Assembly (NCBI GenBank): GCA_964187785.1
Contig: OZ076410.1
Location: 61,070,001 to 61,134,000 of the forward strand
Source of the DNA: Amphiscolops sp. MND2022
Lineage: Eukaryota
DNA length: 64,000 nt
Direction: 5' to 3'
How positions within the stretch are numbered: position 1 is the stretch's first letter; every line of letters begins with the position of its first letter. The notes under the pieces were generated by a model. It was not told the origin of the DNA. It saw nothing but the letters and a program-made list of their open reading frames with translations, and did not search any database. A program made the translations under genes and the position numbers. Positions 1 through 10,177 of this stretch are shown here, piece by piece.

Positions 1-383
1 ATCCTCATTTTAAGATTGTTGCTGATAGGGTTAGTATTGTCGTATTATTAGTTTATTGCAATCTTGTGTCGTTCCTTTGTTCTCTCCTGTGCTTTCCTGT
101 GCTATATATGATCTTGGAATTATGGTATAATTTATCCATTTTAGCTGCGCGGCACAGACTTCGAGTTAATTTCCGATAGTCTCATCATTTATCGTTTCGG
201 TTTCCTTCGACTGCTCTTAGACTCCTGTAAGTACGGTGGTCTTTCGTTAGAATTGTTCTCTTTTGACTGTTTCTGATTGTGGTAGTGTATTGACTGATGT
301 TTCTTGTCATTGTGGGTGTGCTATTGGATGTGGTTTCTATCGGCTGTTTCGTTTTGATCAAGGTTTCCACTTCTTTTCAATAG

Positions 384-1661
384 TTCTTGTGTTTAGATTA
401 CTTCAATTTTGAGAAATTGCGACAATGCCGGAGAGATTACGCGTTTCATGGTTACGGTGAGGTCTGCAACTTCGTCTACTGTCTGCTGATGCGAACCCGT
501 AAGCTGTCTGATTTGCCTGGTATCCATGAATGGGAAAAATATATGGATGTTTCAAAACTTTCCTATTTCAACGCCATTTCCATGGAGGAGTTCTTGATGG
601 ACAGTGATTTTGGTCGCGAAGTGGTTATTGTCAAGACGGGTGAGATGCGGGAATTCCGAGTTAAATGCCGTGAGTGTATCGTTCGGCTTGTGTCTTTGGT
701 TCTGACTAGTACAGCTGTGACTTCTGGCGTTTCGCGAGGACTTTATGCTTTCTGTCCGGAGATTATGTTGGGAGGCCACGATCACCATATTTTCGAGCTG
801 TTTGGTTCTCTTTGTGATTTATTCAGATCCTGCCGCGTGATGTCTGCGGACGGCTTGAATGCTGCTGCTGCTGAGTTCAAAAGCTATGTGATAGAGAAAC
901 GCAGGCATTACGAGGATGCGACATGTGTTGCGAGTGAGATTCCTGACGTGGTTCAATTTCTGTTGCGGGATTTTGCCTTCCAGTCTCGGACTCATGTATT
1001 TCGGCTGTTTAAAATATGTTGTCTGGTGGTTGGAGTGCCAAAAAGTAGCCTTCCTGCGGTTACTATTGATTTGGGTGGTAGCGCGCTGAGTCCGACAATG
1101 GTTCAGGATTGTGTATTGATGGTGCAGTCTCACATCGTCAGTCCAAGTTTCAATCCTCGATTGTTCTTTTCAGCATCGTTACTTGTTGCAGTCCGGGAAG
1201 CTATTACAGAGTCAGGCATTTTCTTCAGAGTTGCCGATTTTGATGTGTGGAAAGATTTTTGCTCTGGCGATATGGAGTCTTTTGTTGGGCATTATAGGTC
1301 CTTGTATAATAAGTATTTGTTGGGACGACGGAGGGAGTACGACACTTTCTATGTGGAATGCAACAAGGCGAATCGCCGTTCTCGCGAGAGCCAGTGTTCA
1401 AGTTCAACTGAGGCCGGAAGTGCTACAAGTTCCGTTGTCGGTTCTAAGAAGGCATCGTCAAAGATTGCTTCGTCAAAGTCTGTGAAAGTAAGTGCGTCTA
1501 CTGCTCGTTCATCAGCAAAAGTTGTGAGTAAGGAAGATGGAGCTGTTGCGAAAAAGAGTGGTGGGGGCAGTGCGTCTAGAAGGTCAAAGAAAGATAAGAG
1601 CAGTGATTCTGATGATCCTGATGTAGTCCACAAGTTGAAAAAGACATCTTCTAAGAATTAA
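384..1661 (+). CDS. Last exon of the antisense accessory gene of element 1 (>424 aa, Ser/Lys-rich tail)
   Basis: Long intact ORF opposite to pol, with no ATG at its 5' end but a phase-0 acceptor ttcttttcaaTAG|TTC at 383. Protein clearly homologous to the fragmented ORFs at 26274-27480 (DYAFHGY/DYGFHAY, LPGIHEWEKYMDV/LPGIHHWENYMDV, IPDVVQFLLRDFAFQS/IPDIVHNLIRDFSFQS, DPDVVH). Confidence 0.85.
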   Translation, partial: FLCLDYFNFEKLRQCRRDYAFHGYGEVCNFVYCLLMRTRKLSDLPGIHEWEKYMDVSKLSYFNAISMEEFLMDSDFGREVVIVKTGEMREFRVKCRECIVRLVSLVLTSTAVTSGVSRGLYAFCPEIMLGGHDHHIFELFGSLCDLFRSCRVMSADGLNAAAAEFKSYVIEKRRHYEDATCVASEIPDVVQFLLRDFAFQSRTHVFRLFKICCLVVGVPKSSLPAVTIDLGGSALSPTMVQDCVLMVQSHIVSPSFNPRLFFSASLLVAVREAITESGIFFRVADFDVWKDFCSGDMESFVGHYRSLYNKYLLGRRREYDTFYVECNKANRRSRESQCSSSTEAGSATSSVVGSKKASSKIASSKSVKVSASTARSSAKVVSKEDGAVAKKSGGGSASRRSKKDKSSDSDDPDVVHKLKKTSSKN

Positions 1662-1854
1662 TGGATAACTGATGATGATTTGATTTCCTGATGAATTGTA
1701 TCTTTTGATGAACCTGTTATTTGTATTCTTTGTTTTATGGTCTGATTGATTTCTACAAGTCACACCAGTCAATCGTTATAGTTACGTAGTTTTAGTAGAT
1801 TGCAAAAATTGACGTAGTCATTCCGGTTCGGTTTGATATGCTGATTCTTTTGTC

Positions 1855-3392
1855 TAGTCCTGAGATGATCGTAGTTCTCCCGTAGTGACTGAGTCGAGCT
1901 TTCTGAAGTCAAGATTTACGTTAGGTCGTGGATTAGGTCTCAAATTGTATCGGCCTACTTTCCTAGGATTATATCCAATGACCATAGGAGGTAGTTCGTG
2001 TGCTTTGGGAGGGCTTTCTAAAGGCGGCGGTGTAAAAATATAGGGGTTGTCGCTGACGTCCAGATTATATTGTCGGAGGATGTTTTATCTCCTGCAGTAT
2101 TTTCATTTGTGACTGTTTGAGCCACGTCATTTTCCGTTATATCTTCGTTTGTGGTTGTTTTAACCACGTCTTTTTCCGTTGTAATTTCGTTGTTTCCTGT
2201 TGTGTCTGTGATTTCTATAACTGTGGCTTCTTCGGCGGCGTTTTCCGTATTGTTTCCGAACAAAACTTCTCCGAATTCGGTTTCCCAAGCTTGCGCGTAC
2301 CAATCATTGTGGGTTGTTTTAACCTCTGGATCTGGAAGGTAATCTTCCCTTCTGACTGTTACGTCAGGTACTCGCTGATTGGGCGCATATAACCTTAGGC
2401 GAATTCTATGGAGGGTTTGAGTATACCTAGTTCCCGTACGACGTACGACGTAGTTGTTGTTCGAGAGTACTTTGACTACTATGTAGGGTCCAGTCCAAAT
2501 GCAATCTTTAGAGGCAAATTTCATTGACTGGTTGTCTGCCTTCGGATTAAGGACGTAGCAGTAGTCGTTGACTTTGAGCGGTGTAGCCGTTGCTTTCTTG
2601 TCATAGTACTGTTTGTATTTGAGGTAAGACTGCATTAGGTTCTCTTTGGCAGCTTGGTGTATTTCGGCTATTTGTTTCTGTAGTTGGTCCGTTAATTCTT
2701 CGTTGCTATCTTTTTCCCAGTTAGGTTTCAATCCAAGTTTTATGTCCAAAATGTTGTACGGGATGCGTCCGTGAAACACTGTTGTAGGTTCACAACCTTG
2801 GCTTTCATGGTAGCTTGTATTGTAATTCATGACTGCAATCTGGACGTATTTGTGCCACATAGAGCGTCGTTCTCCCGTTGATATCTTTAGGGAGGTTTTC
2901 AAAGAGGCATGAGTCCTTTCTGGGATGCCAATCGTTTGAGCGTGTTTCGTCGATGCGTGGGTTATCCGTATATCCAGTGTTTGTGCTATTTGGTTGACTA
3001 CTTCTGACCTGAATTGTGATCCGTTATCCGTTAGAATGACGGTCGGTAGGTAGCAATGTCGTGTCATGACGTCTATTATGCATCGTGCGTCTGTTTTTGC
3101 TGTCATATCCTTTGTCGGGTAAGCGAAAAGGTAACGTGAAAAAACATCCATCATCGTTATAATGTGTTGGTATCCATTTGACGGAAGGTAGATTTGGTAG
3201 GATGTCTACTTCTAGGCAGTCTTCTGGTCCCATTGTGAATTCAGTGTTGCTTAGCATTTTGGGACGTATCTGTCTCGTGTCAATTCTTTTATTGGCAATG
3301 CAATCCTGACAACTGGTTACCCAAGCTCTGATTTTGCGTGCAAGACCTGGGAAGTAGTATTTCGCTCTGCATTCTTGTATCATTTTGGTAAT
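1855..3392 (-). pseudogene. Integrase of element 1 (frameshifted)
   Basis: HHCC (LHGKTNKHP...CQDC), rve core (DVFSRYLFAYP, TDNGSQF, ERTH), GPY motif WTGPYIVVKVL, acidic tail; true C-terminus ...RYNLRPNP...SSQD* read by hand near 1855. Confidence 0.9.
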
Positions 3393-5714
3393 TCATGGGT
3401 GTTTATTTGTTTTTCCATGTAGAGTGGACAAGAGTTCTGGAACTAGGTGTTTTGGAATTATAATTTGGTTATGGGTGACTGATCCGTCTTCTCCGTAGTA
3501 CTTTCGCATCAGAACTCCATCTTTCATTATGATTCTTTCTTCGTGACGTAAGAGGTTTCGTCCTCTTGGTTTAGTTTTGAGAAGGTGTTTGTCATATTCT
3601 TCGTGTGAGATCCGTTGTTTCAGTGCTTTGAGGAGGGGGTCTGCATCTTGTTCGTTTCTGATCCGTGCACTTTCCTTAATTGCGCCGAAGGAGTAGACTG
3701 CGGAGTTGAGTGGTATCTTGATGACTTCGGTTACTTTTGTTGATAGTTCTCGCTCATGTTCCTCTAGGGCACGTTGCTTGCTGAGTGCTTTTTGGTCAAA
3801 AATTTCTTGTTCAGATTCATCTTCTTCGTCTGGTAGGAAGAAAAGTTTTTCCTCGTCAGCTACGTCTGATGATTGTAGATTAACCTCAATTGGGGACGTT
3901 AGGATGTCGTCTCGTAGTTTAAGTTGTACCTTTTCTTTTGGTGTAAGTTCAAGTCTTGAGAGGAAATCTGCTGCCGTGTTTTGGGAGCCAGCTTCGTGCA
4001 TAATTCGGAACTTGAATTGTAATACATAGTCACAGGCATTCCAGAGTGCAGGGGGTGTCGTTTTCGTCTGGAAGAATCTAGTTACTGAGCGGTTGTCTGT
4101 TAAGACCAGCGTTGGAATGGTTGTTTCCCATAGTATGTGACTGTATTCGAGGAAAGCGTGGTAGATTGCTACGAATTCCTTGCAGTAGATGGACATTTTC
4201 AGTTGTGCGGGTGAAACAACTCGTGATCCGAACGCTACTGGTGCGAAGGTTTTTCGTTTGGAGAGTATTTTGCGTTCGTCGTTCTCCTCAATCATGAGGG
4301 CGTAGCCTGATGCACGAAAGCTTGCATCCGTCATTAAAACGTACTGTTTTCCTGCTATGGGCTGTCGAAGTGCGAGTCCACAAGCTTCCGCTAAACTGGC
4401 GTTAATTTCTTTGAAATTATCGACAAGTTCTTCTGAATTTCTGATCTTGGAGTCTGCTTTGAGAAGTTCGTACATGCCGATGAGTTTTTCTGACAATCGC
4501 GGTATGTAATTGCGGTAATAGTTAACAAAGCCAATGTATTTTTGAACTTGTTTTTTGGATTTTGGGAAGCGGACTTTGGAGAGGAAATTTTTGACTTTTT
4601 GATCTTGCGGGGCTACTCCGTTTGGGGTGATGGTTCGGCCAAGGAATTCGATTTGGGTTACTCCAAAGTGACATTTTCCGATGGTTAGTTTTAGTCCTGC
4701 CTTTCTAATGCACTTGAAGACTGCTCTGATGTTCTTTATGAGCTGTTCCGTTGTATTTGCGGCGATGCCAATGTCATCTACGTATTGTGCGCATTGGTCT
4801 GCTTTGATGACTGAATCCAGATACTCACGCATAAAGCTCGAAAAAGCTGATAGAGCTCTGCTTAGTCCTTGCGCCAGGCGACGGTAGGCGAACGTCCTAC
4901 TAGCAAAAGTGAAAGCAAGTAATTCTACTGACCTTTGATCTGCCATTTGGAGGCAGTGGTTCGCCTGGGAGCAGTCAAGCTTGCAAAATAGTTTTTTCCC
5001 TGCTAGGTGTTGTGCCGCATCTGAGAGGGTGCTGACAGGGTGGTTGTTGTTGATGTAGTCATCTGCTATGAGTGCGTTGATTTTGCGCAGATCTACCAGC
5101 AGTCTCAGCTTGCCGTTGGGTTTCCGTTGTGCAAATATAGGACTGGCGTATTTAGAGAATGGGAGTGTCGTTATGATACCGTATCGGTGCATGAGGGCCA
5201 GTTCCACAGTTAGGTCTTCTTTGAGGTTGATGGGAACCGGTAGGCTTTGTGTGTAGACTGGTTTGTCATCTTGTGGTGCTAGGCTGACTTTGAATTGTGT
5301 GTTCATCCCGATGTCTAGTCGGTGTCGAGCGAAGATGTCATTGAATTCGACAATGGTGTCCTCAAAGCTTTCACGGTCTTTGCCCGCAATTAGTGAGTCT
5401 GTCCATTTGAACATGGATAGGAATTTGTTGCGAGACTCTTCGTTTTCGGTTGGGTCAAGTTTTTCTAGTTCGGCAAGCTCTCGCAGTTCTTTCAAGATTC
5501 GCTTTTGTATGGGCGAATGTTCTAGTTCGTTGCCTGGGTGTTCTGGAGTCGGAAACCAGAATTTTTCTTCATTGTCTTCGGGCCGCTCTACTTGCATTAG
5601 TGCATTAATGTACGTGACCACATCGTCATGGTCAGTGAGGAGATTTAGGGCGGCTATGTCAACTGAGCGGATCAGCTTCGTTTCTTCGGGTTTCAGGATT
5701 TGCAGTTCGACCAT
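3393..5714 (-). CDS. pol: Reverse transcriptase - RNase H of element 1 (part of frameshifted pol)
   Basis: RT motifs YASPIFAQRKPNGKLRLLVDLRKIN, KLDCSQA, QGL, YVDD; RNase H motifs TDAS, TDNRS, ADFLSR. Confidence 0.95.
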   Translation of the reverse strand: MVELQILKPEETKLIRSVDIAALNLLTDHDDVVTYINALMQVERPEDNEEKFWFPTPEHPGNELEHSPIQKRILKELRELAELEKLDPTENEESRNKFLSMFKWTDSLIAGKDRESFEDTIVEFNDIFARHRLDIGMNTQFKVSLAPQDDKPVYTQSLPVPINLKEDLTVELALMHRYGIITTLPFSKYASPIFAQRKPNGKLRLLVDLRKINALIADDYINNNHPVSTLSDAAQHLAGKKLFCKLDCSQANHCLQMADQRSVELLAFTFASRTFAYRRLAQGLSRALSAFSSFMREYLDSVIKADQCAQYVDDIGIAANTTEQLIKNIRAVFKCIRKAGLKLTIGKCHFGVTQIEFLGRTITPNGVAPQDQKVKNFLSKVRFPKSKKQVQKYIGFVNYYRNYIPRLSEKLIGMYELLKADSKIRNSEELVDNFKEINASLAEACGLALRQPIAGKQYVLMTDASFRASGYALMIEENDERKILSKRKTFAPVAFGSRVVSPAQLKMSIYCKEFVAIYHAFLEYSHILWETTIPTLVLTDNRSVTRFFQTKTTPPALWNACDYVLQFKFRIMHEAGSQNTAADFLSRLELTPKEKVQLKLRDDILTSPIEVNLQSSDVADEEKLFFLPDEEDESEQEIFDQKALSKQRALEEHERELSTKVTEVIKIPLNSAVYSFGAIKESARIRNEQDADPLLKALKQRISHEEYDKHLLKTKPRGRNLLRHEERIIMKDGVLMRKYYGEDGSVTHNQIIIPKHLVPELLSTLHGKTNKHP

Positions 5715-5827
5715 TTTGGTGTTGGTGGCTATTGTGTATGGGAAATCCGTGGTGTTGGCGATTTTAATTGGTATCTTTTTTGTCTCTGGCTGTTGTATTC
5801 GCTGGGGCTACTATTACCTTCGCGCAT

Positions 5828-7033
5828 TCATCGAATTGTGGCAGGGGTTGTATTGTGCCCGTTATTGAGTGTTCGATACTCACAGGGATTGTTGCGCAGA
5901 TGATTCGGGTAGAGTGCGCTGGAATTGTATGCTTGGCTTCGGTTTTTTATCGTGATGGGCTTGGGATTGCACTTTTGTCTTTCATCCGTGAGCGCCATCG
6001 TGATTTGGATTTTAGGAAAGTCAATGGTTCCTTGTGCCGTGTCGAGAATTGCGGCATGCTTACGTAGGAACGCTAATCCTATTATGGGGAATGACGTTCG
6101 ATTCATGATGATGAATGTTTCTTCAAAGGTGTAATCCCCTATTTTGAAACGTAGGGTGTGCGTGGCGAGTGGTTGTTCTAATTCAGCATTGGCGTATTGC
6201 ACTTTGAAAGGGGGTGGGGGTGCTTTATTGACGATGCACTGACTAGAATGCTGTCGGAGTTTTTCAGCGTCCCTTTCACTAATAGCGTTACTTTTTTTCT
6301 TCTTGAGGGCGATGGAAGACATTAACGGAATGTAGTCGTCGTCTTTGTCATGTTGGATGAATTCTTTGATGGCATCTAGATCTTCAGGCAATTTTGAGGG
6401 ACATTCCGTGATTTCTACGTCGTCATTCATCAGTGCTGTGACGGGCGCAATTTTTGGAGGGGCTACTGGAGGGTCGGCATTCTCTCGTTTTCTTTTTTCT
6501 TGGTGTGCCCATCTTGTTTCGTCTTCAATGCAGATGATGTTTTCTGCATATTTCGGTGTGGACGTGATGGTGGCGGGTATTGTTGGGGATGGTGTTGTTC
6601 TTTTTAGAATTGGCGATGGTGGTGATGGTAGGTCCATGATTTCTGTGGATTGAGCCTGAGGGTTTGAGACTTGTATTTTGAAGGAGAGTTTGTTAGTATC
6701 ATAAATGGTTGGTTCGTCCCAAGGATCGCATCTGTAGTCTCTATCGTATATGTAGATACGTTCAGTTTTTGATTCTGGCAAGGGTCGCTTGAGTGTTGCG
6801 TAGTTATCTGGTGACTCTGTTTTCCATTGGGGTAGTGGTGTCGGGTCGTCTGGATGTCTGGCATTGTGTCGGAGTATCATGCCTACGGTCCATCGGCGTT
6901 GCCAGTCCTGAGTTGGTTCTTCGTTACATTCTGTGGAAAAATCTTCTTCGTACCTATTTGGGGGGTCTTTGATGGTGTATGCCCTCGCGTCCACTTTTTC
7001 CCCGAAGCGTAGGCGCGGCGACTTCAGTTTTTT
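5828..7033 (-). pseudogene. Pol N-terminal region and aspartic protease of element 1 (catalytic motif deleted)
   Basis: In the -1 frame relative to gag. KKKK|SNAISERDAE lacks the MLF...V(D/N)SGA segment present in elements 2 and 3; IIGLAFLRKHAAILD protease C-terminal motif is present. Frameshift before RT. Confidence 0.8.
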
Positions 7034-8427
7034 GCTTGGGACGACGTTGTAGGTACGGGTTGTTTGTCAATCTTGTTTGTTGGGATATTGAACTCACGTT
7101 TGCGTTTCCTGGGGTCATTTACCGCATTAGCTCCGTCCCAGCATTTTTCGGTTTTGTGCATTTTCCCACAAGTATCGCATTTGGGTTTAGCTGTATCTGT
7201 TTGTTTGGTGTCTGTGGTACTTGTTTTTGTGGCGTAGTACCTGTCTTTGCGGAGGCGACGGCATTGTGCCTTGTAATCGCCGTATTTCCCACAGTGGAAA
7301 CAGTAACCTCTCTGCTGTTGTTCTTTCTTATCGTCCGCCACTGCTGCGTCCACAGTGTTGAGGGGGACTAGAGTGGTTTCATCAGGAGCTCCTAGTCCGT
7401 TGAGTCGCATTTCGCGTTCAAGGTGTAAAACGATGTCGTTATAGGGCTTATCTTCTAGGTAGGCTCTGTTAAAGATCTTTTTGATGTGATCCGGCATTTT
7501 AGCGTATATGGCTTTGTCGATGAACTTCTTGGCTTCTGAGCCAAACGCTTCTTTTGCGGTTTTTTGTAACGCGTCAAAAAATTCGTGGAGTTTTTGTTTA
7601 GGGGGGTCGAAATGCAGCGCTCGCATTCTCGCTTTAGCGGACGATTGGAAATCGCCCAAGCGACGTTTGAATGCCGTTATGACTTGTTCCAGGTTGTCTT
7701 TTTTAGTGTCGTCTAGATTGCAATACGCTTGTAGCGCGTTTCCTCGTAGGAGTGAATGGAAGTAGTTGATCTTTTGTATCTCGGTTAGGTGAGGGTACAT
7801 TTTGATATTATTTCGGAATAGGTCCTCAAAAAGTTCAAACTTTTCGGACTTACCATCGAAGACTGGAAGCGAAGCAGTGAGTGCTTTCGACATCGGAAGT
7901 AGATTGGTGGCTGGGAATGTTTGCGGTTGTGGCGCGAACAGTATTTTAGATGTGGAAGGACGGTCTTTTGTTTGTTCGTTGGATGCGCGTTGTTGTTTCA
8001 ATCTTTTCGTGGGTTGGTTGGTAGAGTCATTGAGGACTCCTGTCACCATGTCACGACTGTTTACCGGAGTTGTTTTAGAACTAGTCGCAGTTTGTGTTTT
8101 AACTGGGGTGGACGTTCTTGCTACGGAGATGTTTTCCTGATCCGAATCAGAATCTTGGGTGTTTGAGCTAATTGGGCGTTTTTTGCTCGCAGGTGCTATG
8201 AGTTTGAGCATTTCTTTTTGATTTTCAGCGAGTATTTTCGTTAAATCAGACATGATCTCTTTTCTCAGAGTTGTCTTTTTCTCCTCCAAGTTTTCAAGCT
8301 CAAGTCTAGGGTTTTTACTGGAGCTAGCCATTAGGTTTTCAGCAGAATTGTTCTCAGCTATAGAAACTTCAAAATCTCCTGACACTAGCTCAGCTACAGT
8401 TTTCTTCTTCTGGCTTCTAGTAGTCAT
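7024..8427 (-). CDS. gag: Gag of element 1 (starts MTTRSQKK inside the LTR)
   Basis: Open ORF; capsid-like LPVFDGKSEKFELFEDLF segment; zinc knuckles CFHCGKYGDYKAQC (His is Asp in this copy, His in copies 2/3) and CDTCGKMHKTEKC. ATG conserved at 19579 and 32290. Confidence 0.9.
   Translation of the reverse strand: MTTRSQKKKTVAELVSGDFEVSIAENNSAENLMASSSKNPRLELENLEEKKTTLRKEIMSDLTKILAENQKEMLKLIAPASKKRPISSNTQDSDSDQENISVARTSTPVKTQTATSSKTTPVNSRDMVTGVLNDSTNQPTKRLKQQRASNEQTKDRPSTSKILFAPQPQTFPATNLLPMSKALTASLPVFDGKSEKFELFEDLFRNNIKMYPHLTEIQKINYFHSLLRGNALQAYCNLDDTKKDNLEQVITAFKRRLGDFQSSAKARMRALHFDPPKQKLHEFFDALQKTAKEAFGSEAKKFIDKAIYAKMPDHIKKIFNRAYLEDKPYNDIVLHLEREMRLNGLGAPDETTLVPLNTVDAAVADDKKEQQQRGYCFHCGKYGDYKAQCRRLRKDRYYATKTSTTDTKQTDTAKPKCDTCGKMHKTEKCWDGANAVNDPRKRKREFNIPTNKIDKQPVPTTSSQAKN
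8036..8048 (-). promoter_or_regulatory. Primer-binding site, tRNA-Leu-like
   Basis: TGGTGACAGGAGT directly after the LTR end; 12/13 match to the tRNA-Leu(CAG)-type PBS TGGTGTCAGGAGT as recalled. Confidence 0.7.
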
Positions 8428-10177
8428 TTTAGATAGGGAGAGATTGTTCTTTGGAAAACTCGAAGTCTTCAAAGAGAAATGATTTTTAGAAACGAAATAT
8501 CAACAAAAACTGACTGACTCATTTTACATATTCCTAAGTATATATACTTTCGCAGCATCATTTGTTCCTCACCTAAAAACTTCTAGGAATCCTTAAAATT
8601 GGTTTTGTTCATCAAAAGGCGTCAATGATTCAGATTATTTCAGCCCTGCGTCATAAAGTTAGGTTTTGCAATTCCTAGACACGTCATCGTTCCGTTGATC
8701 TTTGTTGAAAACATTTTTGTTCAAGCATTTCCATTTCCTGTTTAAACTTCAAAATTGCGGCAAAACAAATGTCTAGCTTTCGTTTTCATCGACGCAGGCA
8801 CGCCGGCGTGATCAATTAGTCATCATCCTAGCTTAAAAGTTGAAATTCGAAGTAAAAGAATGACACTCAAAAATAGCGACGGAATTGTGACGAATGCAAA
8901 TAATTTAGAGCCAAAAACACTTGGAAAATCAAAACGAAGAACAAAGTGATGCTGAGAAGCCTTCCGGAGACAAATTGCCTATAAAGTGGCAAATTATTAC
9001 AAACTTTACATGTATTGTAACACAAAACAAAACATATGATTTTTATCATCAACTAAATGGCACGGGAACGGTCCGTTTGCCAAGACCTGTTTAGCAGTAA
9101 GCACACAAAGTAACTGGATTCAAAAGTCCAAGAAAACGTATAAAGATACAACATCATAGCACTCGGAGGCAGATTGGGCAAAGATAGAAAAAAATAGGAA
9201 AGATCACTGGAATGATTGTTACTGCATCGTATCAAACTTATACAAATTTCAAAGCAACGCGAATGCTACGCTCACTTCATAATTCTACCTCACAGTACAA
9301 CTATTCTTTATGTAAGCTTAATCTTAAGATTTCCTAAGGTGCGTCAATATAGAAAAGATCTCTCAAGTAATTTGTTCATTGCAATATTTTCCAGTTACAG
9401 TTTCTTAGGTTGCTCCGTAAATGCTCCGTACGTATTAAGATTACTTATGGTAGAACGGTGGAATGCAATTTTACAATTCACTCCGTAGCTGTTCCGTACG
9501 TATTAAGATTACTTATAGCTTAGCTGACGGACCAAGCGGAGAGAAAGCGGAGCGCGTAGGTGAATTCATTCTCTTTCTCTTATTCTGATTGGCGTTGCTA
9601 CGGGCAACCGAGTTTAATTCTATTCGTGCTAGCTAAGAATAGTTCTATTGATAGAGTGACGTTACCATAACGTTGTGAATACTCACCTAAGCCACTTGAC
9701 TGTACTTAAAGTGAATATTGACAACTACTTCATCACTAGAAAACAATTCCATTCTATTATTTGTGTATTCTTTTCATTTTAGATCTTATGCATTCCGTTG
9801 GGACCGCGGAATTAAATGTTATTTGTATTTCGTTTTAGTGTGGAACAAAAGGAAAAATCCTGATTAGAAATGTTCGTTTTAGTATTTAGATTAGCATGTC
9901 ACGATTCAGAAGATTGTACCGGAAATGAGAATCTCGTTATACGTGAAAAAATATTTAACCGGAAGTTTTAGCTAAAAATCATTTCTGAAAATATTCCGTA
10001 ACGCTTACGTTAGGTTTTGTTTTGGGAGATTATCTACAAGTGATTTTAACTGTACTGTAAGTAGAATTACATTAGTTTTAAGCAGTTTAGTTTAATGGTA
10101 CTTGCAGTAGCCGCGACCTCTTTCACGTCCAAGTGCAAAACACCATTCACATCCACGACCGGGAGCGGGTCGTGACA
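8049..10177 (-). repeat. 5' LTR of element 1 (~2129 bp)
   Basis: Perfect 9-bp inverted termini TGTCACGAC...GTCGTGACA, followed immediately by TGG (PBS). Homologous in inverted orientation to 17688-19954 and 30390-32664. Confidence 0.85.

Larger units (their letters stand above)
1..10177 (-). mobile_element. Ty3/Gypsy LTR retrotransposon, element 1 (3' end lies outside the window; mildly degenerate)
   Basis: Order on minus strand is LTR, PBS, gag (CCHC knuckles), protease region, RT (YVDD), RNase H, integrase (HHCC, rve core, GPY), then an antisense ORF. Starts TGTCACGAC at 10177. Confidence 0.95.

Noticed and set aside
384-1661. Antisense ORF as a retroviral env
   Set aside because: Wrong strand; no signal peptide, furin/fusion arrangement or TM anchor seen.
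3706-7765. Numerous plus-strand ORFs of 60-200 aa over element 1 (and similar ones over the other TEs)
   Set aside because: They are antisense shadows of gag/pol without conservation between copies, unlike the 384-1661 ORF.
1-10177. DIRS/tyrosine-recombinase element, suggested by the extra ORF and the inverted related copies
   Set aside because: A DDE integrase with HHCC and GPY motifs, TG..CA LTR and a PBS are present; no YR catalytic motifs recognised.
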